From Nostoc sp. DedSLP01 (lineage in GTDB: Bacteria; Cyanobacteriota; Cyanobacteriia; Cyanobacteriales; Nostocaceae), in the NCBI GenBank assembly GCA_034530875.2, contig JAVRCJ020000003.1, positions 288,001-352,000 on the forward strand: a stretch of 64,000 bases of DNA, written 5' to 3'. Position numbers and translations under genes: made by a program. Shown here in pieces: positions 29,826 through 39,622 of the stretch. The notes beneath the pieces are model-generated. The model was given only the letters and a program-made list of their open reading frames with translations, searched no databases and was not told the DNA's origin. Position 1 is the stretch's first letter, and every line of letters begins with the position of its first letter.

Positions 29826-30875
29826 TTATATTCTCTCCCTCACTAAAGAAGCCGCATTATTGATAGCACTGAAGACTGCAAAACCACCAGCAGCAGCCAC
29901 AAATAAAGATAAAATCGGTGCTAAAACTCCTAGAAAAATCATGAACCACATTAAGTCTGGATCGACATTAGCATCTTGACCGGGGCCATTGACAATTACT
30001 GCCGCAGTCAAGACAGCGATAATATTAAATGAAATCTTGGCAATACCAATAGATAAAAATCCGGTTAGCCATGCAAAAATTGGTTTACCAGCTACAGGTA
30101 GTAAAGAGGCACCAAGAGCAATTGGCCCTAAAGCTGCTATCAGTAACATCGTAGCTTCTATTAAATTTTGGAACGCATATTGTAAGGAAACTAAAAAGTT
30201 TTTGATGCTTGTTTGTACTGTAGAACCTAATAACGAATTAAATGAGGCTTCCGATACAACACCTGTACCATATCTAACGTTGTCTACCTTAGTTTGAAGC
30301 CTAGCTATCCAGCTTCTATTTCCGTATGTATCTCGATATTTCTGCCAGAGAATATTTACTTTTTCGGTGGCTTTAGCAAAGCATTGAGTTTGTTGTTCGC
30401 CAGTGAGTGACTGACAAGGACGCAAGAAAGAACCTGCTACTTCTTCCGCAACACTCATATTGAGTGCTTGCTGGTAAACTTTCTCTGCATCTGCTGTCAC
30501 CAATACTTGCTGATTTGCACCGTCTATAAAATTCCGCACTCCCAGTGTCAGATTAGAAAGGATACTGCCATTGCCGGAATTATTTAAGAGTATCACTACT
30601 ACAAAAGGCCAAATTAATCCTGATATGGGACGGGTGTATTCGTAAGATAATAAGTCTCGCAGGAATTGTACCATAAAAAACAACAACGTTCCTACAGCAA
30701 AAAAGATACCTACATTTGTCAGCGCTCCATACAAGTTATCGTTAGCATTAGGTTGTAGTAAATTGAGCCATTGTTTGTCCCAACCTTCAGCAATACTTTG
30801 GGAAGTTGCGACACCATTATCGAGAATTTCATCAATTCCAGCTTGGGCAAAAAATAGTTGAATAGCCAGTTGCAT
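29826..30875 (-). CDS. Polytopic membrane protein, VirB6/TrbL-like candidate
   Basis: About five TM segments, Cys pair in loop, LGPIALGASLLP...FAWL. Confidence 0.65.
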   Translation of the reverse strand: MQLAIQLFFAQAGIDEILDNGVATSQSIAEGWDKQWLNLLQPNANDNLYGALTNVGIFFAVGTLLFFMVQFLRDLLSYEYTRPISGLIWPFVVVILLNNSGNGSILSNLTLGVRNFIDGANQQVLVTADAEKVYQQALNMSVAEEVAGSFLRPCQSLTGEQQTQCFAKATEKVNILWQKYRDTYGNRSWIARLQTKVDNVRYGTGVVSEASFNSLLGSTVQTSIKNFLVSLQYAFQNLIEATMLLIAALGPIALGASLLPVAGKPIFAWLTGFLSIGIAKISFNIIAVLTAAVIVNGPGQDANVDPDLMWFMIFLGVLAPILSLFVAAAGGFAVFSAINNAASLVRERI

Positions 30876-31039
30876 TATTTTGGTTTGATGGACTCTATTT
30901 TGAGGATTGCTATATAAAACAGCACGCTAAATTTTTAATTTGATGGTGCTTCGTGGCAGATGAAAACTAGGTATTAATACCTCGCTCGTGCATTGTTTGT
31001 AGAAATATTAATTCTGTATTCTTGTTGAATCATCAAATC

Positions 31040-31846
31040 CTATTTAACAATTGTTCTGCCAAACAAATCCATTTGAGAAGTTGCTCGTAAAAGTCGTGCT
31101 GCTTCGGTGGATGTTTCAACTCTGCGAGCGCGATTTGCTTCTTCCGTCTGTTGAGCTATATTTGCTAGATTTAAATTTGAGTATTGCAAATACTGATTAG
31201 TTTGTATTGTCTGAGCAAATGTTTCACCAACAATTCTTGATTGTTCTTGTTGAATTTTGATGCTTTGTGATTGATTGGCATTGAGCAATTGTGCTAGGAT
31301 TGCTGTAGCTGGATCGAGTTTAGTAACATCGAAAGAAGGAATCGGAATTTTACTTAATAAATCTTGGCTTTGTTTTTCGGCTGCTTCAGCAAATCCAGCA
31401 ATATCTTTCAGACTTCTTTCTGTATTTATTAACTTCGCCCTTGACCGAGCTTGTCCATTTTCACCGAGAACACCTTCAGCTGCTCCACGAGTAATTAAAC
31501 GATTGAGTTCATTACTCACTAAATTTCCCCGCACAGCGGCATTATTTTCAAAGCGATCCGATCTAGAGTAGAGAATTAAGTCATCGCGAACTTTTTTACC
31601 TGCACCAACAGGGTTGGGTAAATTCAATTCTCCTTTTGCACCACTCAGAGCATTTCGGCTTTGGTAGTCTACAGTCTTTAAGTTGTCGTTGAGATTATAT
31701 TGGAAGTAGTCTTGCAAATCTTTAGAATATAATTGAAAATCAGTCCAAACCTGACCCAATCCTGATTTGTTAGTGCTCAGTTGGGCTGCTACAGGGAGAA
31801 TTCCCAGAGATACTAAAGTCAAAGTGAAAATGGTAGTTTTTCGCAT
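31040..31846 (-). CDS. Exported helical protein, VirB5/TrbJ-like candidate
   Basis: Signal peptide from MRKTTIF (GAGGT RBS); Gln/Asn-rich helical C-terminus; lies between virB4- and virB6-like genes. Confidence 0.55.
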   Translation of the reverse strand: MRKTTIFTLTLVSLGILPVAAQLSTNKSGLGQVWTDFQLYSKDLQDYFQYNLNDNLKTVDYQSRNALSGAKGELNLPNPVGAGKKVRDDLILYSRSDRFENNAAVRGNLVSNELNRLITRGAAEGVLGENGQARSRAKLINTERSLKDIAGFAEAAEKQSQDLLSKIPIPSFDVTKLDPATAILAQLLNANQSQSIKIQQEQSRIVGETFAQTIQTNQYLQYSNLNLANIAQQTEEANRARRVETSTEAARLLRATSQMDLFGRTIVK

Positions 31847-32049
31847 ACATCTGTACCTCAAAAAGGTAGACGGAGTTATCTAGTAAGTAATTTTCCAGAA
31901 ATAATTTATTAGTGTTTGTGGGGTAAAATTGTTTGCTTTTGGTTTTGGGTGGGCGAGACGCCCACCCCACAATCATTTTTTAAAGATTTTTGGATTTGTT
32001 AGTTCCTGATTTTGAATTCCTGTTAACTACTCACAGATATCCTCCCTGA

Positions 32050-34797
32050 TTAATTACTGCGTAGCGTAGCCACTAACTGACGTGCAAATGCGGAAATCGC
32101 TTCATACTTATCGCTGTGAATTTGCATCATTTGGCTGCGTGCAGTTTGTTCGTAAGGGTTGTTAGCCACTGCTGCTAATTGTTCGTAACCTGGATAGTAA
32201 CGACAGAATGTGTAAACGCCGTTATCATCTAGCAGCCATTGACTATAAATGCCTTCTTTGCGTGGGAAAAAGCTTTCGGAGGCATTACGAGCAATAATTT
32301 TACGGGGATATTTTAAGATATCTGCAAAACTATCTACTGCAACTGGTTGAATGCGTCCAATTAATCGGGTTGTTAAGTTTTGCAGAATTTTGGATGCGGC
32401 TTTGGATTTGGCTATGGTATCAGGATCCTGTGCTGATAAGATCACTCTGATACCAGCTTTGGCGCCGTTGGCACAAATTCGACCAACTAAGTCAGAAATT
32501 TGCTCGAATTCAAATAAAATCGGGGCTTCATCGATGAAGAATATGGAAGCTGGACTGCTTAAGGCACGCCTGAGTGCGGCGGAATAAGCACTTAAGGATA
32601 GTACGGCTGCATCTTCACTATCTGAAAGGTTTCTCAGAGCAAAAACCAAAAGTTGGGCGTCGGTAGGAAAGCTGGATGGTGCAGAAATGGCTTGTCCAAC
32701 GCGGCTAGAAAGCCAAAATCGCAAGCGCAGCTGAATTTGACTGAGGGCATCTTCTACTCTGCCACTGAGGGAGCTAAGCTGTAAATGTTCTGGAGAACAG
32801 AAAAATAGAAAATCTTTTAAGGTAGGGGTTTTTTGCCAAGCTGGAGAACCAAAGCCTCCGGCCATTGCTTTGCGATATCTTTCTTGGATACCTTCATCAG
32901 CAAAGAAGACTTCTAGGGCTAGGTTGAGAATCGATCGCACTGTTTGCGATAAAATTTGACTTTCCGTTGACGAGCCTAAAACCATTGTCATTAAAGCTGA
33001 TTCTAGGAAGGCGCTATAATCTACAAAGCGATCGCGTTGTTGTTCTGGATCTAGCGCTCTTAAATCTGGCTGTTCAAATAAGTTATTCGATTGTTTGGAG
33101 ATATCAAAATAAGCTCCATTCCCCTCCATAAATTGGGTGTAGTCGGTAAATGTAGACGTCCCATCAGGTTTGGGGAAATCTAGAGCCACTACGGGAATGC
33201 CATAAGCTAAAGCCTGAGTTAAAATTCCCGACACCAATACTGATTTACCAGCACGAGTTGTCGCAAATAAAGCTAAATTTTTGTGTTGGTTAAACAAATC
33301 TAAATGTACTGGCGTTCCACCTTCTTCAGCAATTAATTCAAAGCCTTGCCTGTCGCCTCTTTTGGTTAAAACTAAAGGCATTAATCCCGGAACTTCACTT
33401 GTTAAATACAGCTGACGACGATTAAAAGGTGTGGCTAATAAACCTTCCCAAACTATCGGCAGAGTTTGCAACCAAATTTTCCAGGCATACTCGGTTTCTC
33501 GAATTACCCTTGCTGGACGTTGAAAACAGTTTTCAATATATCTTGTGGCCTCATCTAATTTCTCGACAGTTGGCCGATGTACTAAAATGGCAACACTTGT
33601 ATAAATCGGCACTGCACCTTCATACAATTGTTCTTGCGCTGCTACCGATTTTTTAATCTTTAGTTGGGCGTTGACATCAATAGTTTTACTTTTTTCTTGA
33701 GCCAAAATTGTCGTCATGTTTGACTGCTTCAGCACTCGTTGTAGAGTAGTTTTCACTAATGCTGGATTTGCCGCAGTCAATTCACAAAAAATTTCTGTAT
33801 CTACTACCGTTTCTCTAGCTAATAATTCCCATAAATACCGCAGCTGAGACGATTTATTCGGCCAACCACCGGGTTTTTCTAGAAATGACAGCGTGCCAGT
33901 ATAACGATTGTTAACATGTACCCAACGGCGATCGGCACGAGGTACGCTGGACTCCATCAGCAAAGTTGTACCGTGGATATTTTCTATCAACAATTTACTA
34001 CTAGCTAAATCGGAATTAACTTCTTCGTGGAGTCCTTGTTCATCTAAAGTGATTAATTGCGGAATGTCTATTGCTTGGGTATCATTAAATCTTCTCCAGA
34101 TGTCTTCCCAGAGTTCTCTCGCGCTCAAAGCTTTGACATCCAATCCCATTTTATTAGATAAAATTTGCTCCCAGCGCGAAAAACCCTGTTTGTAAGCATT
34201 CGTAATTACAGTTTCCAAGCGCTGGTTTTCGGCTTCTGAAAGTTCACCTTTAAATTTCAACCACCATGCTTCAACTTTGACTAACATTTTCTCTATCCAA
34301 TCATCAGCATTGGTAGAGGTTGTTTCGACTGTGTAGGTGACATAAATCCGTAAAAATTTCGGCTTACGCACGCCAGCTTTAGTTAGTTCTTTGATTCTGG
34401 CTCTTTCTGCCATCAACAAATATTTAATATCTCGGGATGGCGCATTTCTAATTAATGATGCTAACTCTTTTTGTCGTTCTGTGTCTGAACTAAAAGATCC
34501 CAAATGCAGCGTCATTCTTTCACCGCTAGGAATATCTTTTAAGCCAGCTTCAATATTATTAAAAATGGTATCGATTTGTTCTGCTCTTAAAGTGGTATGA
34601 ATTCCCTTACAATCAAAACCAAAAACAAAGCAGAACCGGTCTTTTTGACCACCTTTTGTCAATAGATAAGCTCCAATATCGCGTCCATTCATAGAGACGC
34701 GCAACATTGTCGCCAGATGTAAGGCATCTTCAAATGGCGTTAATCTAGTTTCATTTCCGGCGCCGCCGACGCTTTGTTTTCCGATTTTTTGCTTCAT
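32050..34797 (-). CDS. virB4: VirB4-like ATPase (cyanobacterial conjugation type)
   Basis: 915 aa from MKQKIGK; Walker A-like ATTRAGKS, Walker B FFIDEAP, GAKAG.RVILSAQ; overlaps a small upstream membrane gene. Confidence 0.8.
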   Translation of the reverse strand: MKQKIGKQSVGGAGNETRLTPFEDALHLATMLRVSMNGRDIGAYLLTKGGQKDRFCFVFGFDCKGIHTTLRAEQIDTIFNNIEAGLKDIPSGERMTLHLGSFSSDTERQKELASLIRNAPSRDIKYLLMAERARIKELTKAGVRKPKFLRIYVTYTVETTSTNADDWIEKMLVKVEAWWLKFKGELSEAENQRLETVITNAYKQGFSRWEQILSNKMGLDVKALSARELWEDIWRRFNDTQAIDIPQLITLDEQGLHEEVNSDLASSKLLIENIHGTTLLMESSVPRADRRWVHVNNRYTGTLSFLEKPGGWPNKSSQLRYLWELLARETVVDTEIFCELTAANPALVKTTLQRVLKQSNMTTILAQEKSKTIDVNAQLKIKKSVAAQEQLYEGAVPIYTSVAILVHRPTVEKLDEATRYIENCFQRPARVIRETEYAWKIWLQTLPIVWEGLLATPFNRRQLYLTSEVPGLMPLVLTKRGDRQGFELIAEEGGTPVHLDLFNQHKNLALFATTRAGKSVLVSGILTQALAYGIPVVALDFPKPDGTSTFTDYTQFMEGNGAYFDISKQSNNLFEQPDLRALDPEQQRDRFVDYSAFLESALMTMVLGSSTESQILSQTVRSILNLALEVFFADEGIQERYRKAMAGGFGSPAWQKTPTLKDFLFFCSPEHLQLSSLSGRVEDALSQIQLRLRFWLSSRVGQAISAPSSFPTDAQLLVFALRNLSDSEDAAVLSLSAYSAALRRALSSPASIFFIDEAPILFEFEQISDLVGRICANGAKAGIRVILSAQDPDTIAKSKAASKILQNLTTRLIGRIQPVAVDSFADILKYPRKIIARNASESFFPRKEGIYSQWLLDDNGVYTFCRYYPGYEQLAAVANNPYEQTARSQMMQIHSDKYEAISAFARQLVATLRSN

Positions 34798-35122
34798 GGT
34801 TAACTTCCAGTAAGCTTTGATAACGAGCAAAGCCTCTTGTCCAAGCGGGAACGCCAATAAATTTACTTAAAAAACTCCAACTTCTCCCACCGGTTAATAT
34901 CCACCAGGTTGCAATTCCCCAACCGGTCATTAGTACCGTCCACAGCCATTTTTGAAATTCTTCTTGGAAAAGCCCACCAAAAATTCCATTAATAATTATG
35001 TAGGATGATAAGGCTATTACTGTCCAAGGAAGAATTTGATCTGCTGGAATTGGCCCTAATGAAGGTTGGCTTCCTAAAACTTGGTTGACTGGACGAAATT
35101 CTTGTTCCCGCTCTTCAGACAT
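34751..35122 (-). CDS. Small two-TM protein, VirB3-like candidate
   Basis: 123 aa, two TM, basic tail; 47-bp overlap with virB4-like gene. Confidence 0.65.
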   Translation of the reverse strand: MSEEREQEFRPVNQVLGSQPSLGPIPADQILPWTVIALSSYIIINGIFGGLFQEEFQKWLWTVLMTGWGIATWWILTGGRSWSFLSKFIGVPAWTRGFARYQSLLEVNHEAKNRKTKRRRRRK

Positions 35123-35142
35123 TGGTCAAATCTTAAAATTAT

Positions 35143-35763
35143 TTACTTGCTCTCGCCAATTACAAAGCGTGTGAGTACATCAGCAATGGTAACAGCTACA
35201 ACAACTAATAGTGGGGTTCTGGCGATACTTTGCCAATCTTCATCTTTGCGGACTGCGTTGATTACACCAACTAAAGAAATTGCAATATAAAGTAAGAAAA
35301 GCGCCCGCAATATATTAAATATTAGGCTGACTGCCGTTTCGCTACCAGCACTATCACTTCCTTGTCCGCCAGCTTTCAAAGTTTGTTTGAAAAACTCTTC
35401 TGCTTTGCCAAAAAACTGCGCGTGTGCGGGAGCAGCGAACTGATCTATCCAAAAGAAACTCAAAACGATCGCTGCTATTAAAATTTGTATTATTATCAGC
35501 CATCGCCTCGGCAAATTCATTTGCTGGCCGATTTTATGCGTAATTACTGCAATTAAACTACCTACTAATAAACAAAATAGCAGGATAGGACTTTTGAGAC
35601 TGATAACGCTTACAAATACAGCGCAAGCAATCAAAAAAGGTACAGATTCAACCAAAATAACTAGACTGGATTTTAATGCCAGTCCTAACTTATGAGACCC
35701 CGTGGATGCACTACCAGTTAAAGCTTTGAAAAAGTTTCTCTGGTGAGAACTTTGTCTAAACAT
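35143..35763 (-). CDS. VirB2/TrbC pilin-like candidate
   Basis: Internal APAHA-Q signal-peptidase-like site followed by a two-hydrophobic-helix domain; first gene of cluster. Confidence 0.6.
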   Translation of the reverse strand: MFRQSSHQRNFFKALTGSASTGSHKLGLALKSSLVILVESVPFLIACAVFVSVISLKSPILLFCLLVGSLIAVITHKIGQQMNLPRRWLIIIQILIAAIVLSFFWIDQFAAPAHAQFFGKAEEFFKQTLKAGGQGSDSAGSETAVSLIFNILRALFLLYIAISLVGVINAVRKDEDWQSIARTPLLVVVAVTIADVLTRFVIGESK

Positions 35764-35951
35764 TTGCTAATTTTCCTATGGTTTACTATGGACACTGGTG
35801 GTTTTAAATTTTACAGACTAAGATAATCTTACATGATTGAAGATTTATTTTTCCTCAAATTATAAAGTTCAGCAAAGTTATACATCATAATACAAGTTTT
35901 TATTAATTTAAGTTAACAAAAGATTATTGTTCATTTAATTGAGTGTGTGTA

Positions 35952-36035
35952 GATAGCAGGTAACAGGCTTGAAAGTCTGTTGCTGTCGTTGTTTTACCAA
36001 CAGTTTATGTCCTAAATTATGCTGCAACTGCTATA
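35952..36035. mobile_element. Short MITE-like remnant (tatagc...gctata family)
   Basis: Ends atagcag / ctgctat; ttatgtcctaa at the same distance from the right end as in 39354-39419. Confidence 0.5.
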
Positions 36036-37137
36036 TCTTGATAAATGAGGCTGTTAGCTCTTAACCATAACTGCTACAGTTTTCCTAAAGTTTTCTATAC
36101 CAGCGATTTTGGTTTAATTATCAGTTTGAGCAATCCAGTAGTAATACTAGACAATCCTTGGTAGCATAGCGCTCTTTAATCGCGATCGCCACTAAATTCG
36201 CATCCCTTGCCCAGAAGTAGTTTTGCTCGTTAGCTTTCAGTACTTAAGTACTACATCACCTCACCTGGTACAACTTGGGGAAACACGCCGAGTAAATAGC
36301 TGCTGTATCCCATTTGCCAAGACTTTTGGGAACACTTTTAGAGATTATACTAGCACTACAATTGACAACCATGTTAATCAGTCTACCGTTAATAACAGTA
36401 AATAGGCCAACTTGTCAATATGTAATTTATATTTCCTGAGATAAAAAAACTCTCTTCAATTCCAGCAGCCTAATTCCCTATTTCTGTACAGACAAGGGGT
36501 CATTACGTCTCTATCGACTCCCTTACTACGTAGATAATTTGAAAAATTAAAGCCGATTACTATATTCAGAATATTTAAAAATTGGTTAATTTTTGATAAA
36601 ACATACTCAAACTTATCCAATTAACAAAAAATACTAAATTTAGCTTTTATAAAATACTCAAAAAGCTTATTCTGCTAATGCGTATAATTATTAATTTGTC
36701 AAGAGTAAAGTAAGGTTATCAATTTATTGCAACTTTAAAATTCCAGGTTAAAGATTAACATCATCTAGTTAACTGTTTTAATCTTTTCATAATGCAACCA
36801 TGATGAGAATTTTACCTTAACACTCTACTGTTAAGTTCGTTGGAACATTATGAACTGCTATTAATTATAGCAGCCGTAGAAAAATCGTAAAATCATTATT
36901 TTCTCTTTTTTGTGCGTCTGCTATAGCCGATGGTAGGTGCTATGAGCATAAATCAAAGAAAGTAATGTTCATATTATTTGCTCGAATTGTTTGCGGTTTT
37001 GTGCAAATTCGTAATCGAACGATAATTTTTTTAGGCCAATTTTTTCGCTAAAAAAGTTGATTATTAATTGCGAGTTTGGCAATTGTTCGTGCTTTTTTTT
37101 GGGTATTGAAACCTAAATTAACTTCAAGGAGCTTGAC

Positions 37138-38421
37138 ATGGCTTTTAATTGCGATCGCCAATCGAATCGTTTGGCAAGTTCAATCTCTGTACTTGCTATA
37201 ACAATTGGTCTAGTAGCAGCTCAATCTGCTAGCGAGAAATCTCTAGCTCAAACCTCCACCTCCATCAATGGAGCAGGTGCAAGCACTGTCAATACTTTGT
37301 TTGTAGGTACGGGAACTACAGCTCCTTTTAGCCCACAAGGTTCATGGCTGAACGTTTACGGTGTTGGAAATCCTCCATCTCTCAACAATCCTGCTGGTGC
37401 CGTAAATGGCCCGGTTAATTCTGGTGTCACATTCAAATATGCTCCTGTTGGTAGTGGCGCAGGCATCACAGCTTTTTTCACTCAAACCCCACCAGCAGGA
37501 TCGCCTACCATCCCCAGCCCAGTCTCTTTTGCAGCTACTGACGATCCTTTAACAGGAGCAAATGTAGAACGAGTAGCTACTGGCAGTCCCAATGGTGGAA
37601 AGGCCGTTCAAGTGCCTGTAGTAGGTGTTGGAATCGCCTTAGCTTTCAACGCTGGTATTAACGAACCAGCAAGCGGACTTAAGCTTTCGCGAATTACTTA
37701 CTGTGGTATTCTTAACGGCAACATCACAAATTGGAGCGATGCCAGAATTAAAGCAGATAACGGAGGAAAAGTAGTTTCAACTTTACCCATCAAAGTTGTA
37801 GTTCGTCAGGACTCGAGTGGTAGCACTTTTGTTTTAAGCAATCATCTCGATGCTATTTGTAAGCCTTCTGCAACTCCAGGTATTCCACCCGCTTATATAT
37901 GGAATAGAGGAGTGGGTACAACTGTTAAGTGGCCAACCACTTTCATCAAGGAAACCGGTGGAGGAGCTGTAGCTACTAGGATCGCAAGTACTGCCGGTAC
38001 AATTGGTTATGTAGATAGTGCTACGCGCTTAGCTAAAAACCTACCTGCCGCACTCTTACAGAACAAATCAGGTTCATACGTTGGTCCCACAACAGCCGGA
38101 ATTCAAAACGCTTTGAGTAGCGGAAAGATTGTTAAATATGGGGCTGCTCCTGCTGGCAGGCTGATTAGAATTGATAATTTGGCCGATCCAACTCGTGCAA
38201 GTGCCTATCCTATTTCCACAGTAACTTACGTGTTGTTCTATGATAAATACGCAAGCAGCACCATAGCAGCTGGTGTTAGGGGCTTCGTCAACTGGGCTTT
38301 AGGAGGTACGCCAACCTCAAATCCCACCGCAGACAATATAGCTACAGCTCGTGGTTACGCTCCTCTTCCCAGTGCTATCAAAGATGCATCAAGAACAGTT
38401 GTGAATACTTTCATTCCTTAG
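37138..38421 (+). CDS. pstS: PstS-family phosphate-binding protein, orphan, no lipobox
   Basis: GAGAS, GSGAG, FAATD, ITNWSD, RQDSSGST, IGYV, YPI; AAGGAG RBS. Confidence 0.85.
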   Translation: MAFNCDRQSNRLASSISVLAITIGLVAAQSASEKSLAQTSTSINGAGASTVNTLFVGTGTTAPFSPQGSWLNVYGVGNPPSLNNPAGAVNGPVNSGVTFKYAPVGSGAGITAFFTQTPPAGSPTIPSPVSFAATDDPLTGANVERVATGSPNGGKAVQVPVVGVGIALAFNAGINEPASGLKLSRITYCGILNGNITNWSDARIKADNGGKVVSTLPIKVVVRQDSSGSTFVLSNHLDAICKPSATPGIPPAYIWNRGVGTTVKWPTTFIKETGGGAVATRIASTAGTIGYVDSATRLAKNLPAALLQNKSGSYVGPTTAGIQNALSSGKIVKYGAAPAGRLIRIDNLADPTRASAYPISTVTYVLFYDKYASSTIAAGVRGFVNWALGGTPTSNPTADNIATARGYAPLPSAIKDASRTVVNTFIP

Positions 38422-38435
38422 GTTCCTAAATTGAC

Positions 38436-38561
38436 CTAGTAGTTTGCCAACTTAAAATTTTTGGGTAAAAGATGGGAAAAAGATAAACAAAAAGGGATTA
38501 AAAACCTTTCCTCTTTTTCCCTTACCCTTTACTCTGCCAAGTTATGTTGGCGAACCACTAG
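38436..38561. mobile_element. MITE-like element (126 bp) with CTAG ends
   Basis: ctagtagtttgccaac ... gttggcgaaccactag (14/16 inverted match); internal purine/pyrimidine hairpin. Confidence 0.65.
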
Positions 38562-39094
38562 TAAAATATCCAGGACTGGAGGAAATAAAAAGCAGTGCCA
38601 CCTTAGTTGATAAGATGATGCGATCGCCAAAAGTATTTAACCTTTAATTAAGAATTTATCTGGTAAAAAATATAACTTATTTGCTATTATATCGAATTAC
38701 CCAAAACTTGCTATTAAATACAAATCTACTATTCTTAGTAACCAAATATATATCGGTCATCATAGTTAAGAAAAGTTCAAACGTTAGCTATGTTATGATT
38801 AGGTAAGTTGAGAAATATTTTCGGTCATGTTAGTGACTATATAGACGCCTCTCCGAATCTAAATCTCTACATGCTTGGGTTCTAGAGGTATTGTGTGTCA
38901 GTAACGGGCCTGAAAAATTTACTTTCGAGCTTTCGGAAAATTAAAAATTTTTAGCTAAAAAAACTGTACTCGAATACCTCTAAGAGCTGACATATATTAC
39001 TGTCACAAATTACCATAACGGACAGTAAAGTGTGTCAAAAAATCTAGATAGCATACGGATGCTACTTTAACTTAATATCGGCAGTGAGTTTTTT

Positions 39095-39328
39095 ATGGCT
39101 ACAAGTCCTTTACGTGAAGAACCTCGCAATCAGCGAGCGCCTGTGATTCGTACAAGTAATGAATTTATTCTTTTGGAATGGTTAAAGTCAAGCGGTCGTC
39201 TTATAGAGCGCGAACATCTAGAATCTGACTATTTAGGTGAAATAGAAGAAATTGCAGAAATGATAGATCTTGACGATATTCCTTACGATCATGATGATGA
39301 CGATGTAGATCTAGATTTAGAAGCTTAG
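39095..39328 (+). CDS. DUF3134-like small acidic protein
   Basis: LREEPRNQRAPVI...LLEWLKSSGRLI and acidic tail. Confidence 0.75.
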   Translation: MATSPLREEPRNQRAPVIRTSNEFILLEWLKSSGRLIEREHLESDYLGEIEEIAEMIDLDDIPYDHDDDDVDLDLEA

Positions 39329-39353
39329 TAATGATTGGGAAGTTTGTAATTTG

Positions 39354-39419
39354 TATAGCAGTGCTATTTCTAGCATTCACGCTTGTCATTATGTCCTAAC
39401 ATATTTGACTACGGCTATA
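39354..39419. mobile_element. Short MITE-like remnant (tatagc...gctata family)
   Basis: tatagcagt ... ttatgtcctaac ... acggctata. Confidence 0.5.
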
Positions 39420-39487
39420 CTTACTATACCCAAAGGTTTGATTGATTTAAAATCAATCGTTTATTTTACCTAAATTAGAGATAATTC

Positions 39488-39515
39488 GTAGGGTAGCAAA
39501 ACTTTGCTACCCTAC
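39488..39515. repeat. REP-like palindrome or bidirectional terminator
   Basis: gtagggtagcaaa-ac-tttgctaccctac. Confidence 0.75.
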
Positions 39516-39622
39516 TTTGTGAATAAGGGTTTTTTCTTATCCCTTTCCCCTTTCCCCTTTCCCCCTTACCCTTTTCCCGACTTCTGCAAAAGGTCTATTT
39601 TAGAACTACTATCAGAAATAGC

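Noticed and set aside
34798..34857. N-terminal extension of the VirB4-like ORF in the track
   Set aside because: Lies deep inside the upstream gene; ATG at 34797 is the more plausible start
25254..35763. Calling the cluster an ICE, integrated plasmid or prophage
   Set aside because: No integrase, relaxase, coupling protein, replication or phage genes, and no flanking direct repeats or tRNA seen
36223..36405. 60-aa ORF in the cluster-pstS spacer
   Set aside because: No RBS or recognisable motif; short stop-interrupted frames on both strands
36700..36840. Pho-box-like TTAACC/TTAAC half-sites upstream of pstS
   Set aside because: Half-sites are present but I found no convincing 11-bp-period tandem array
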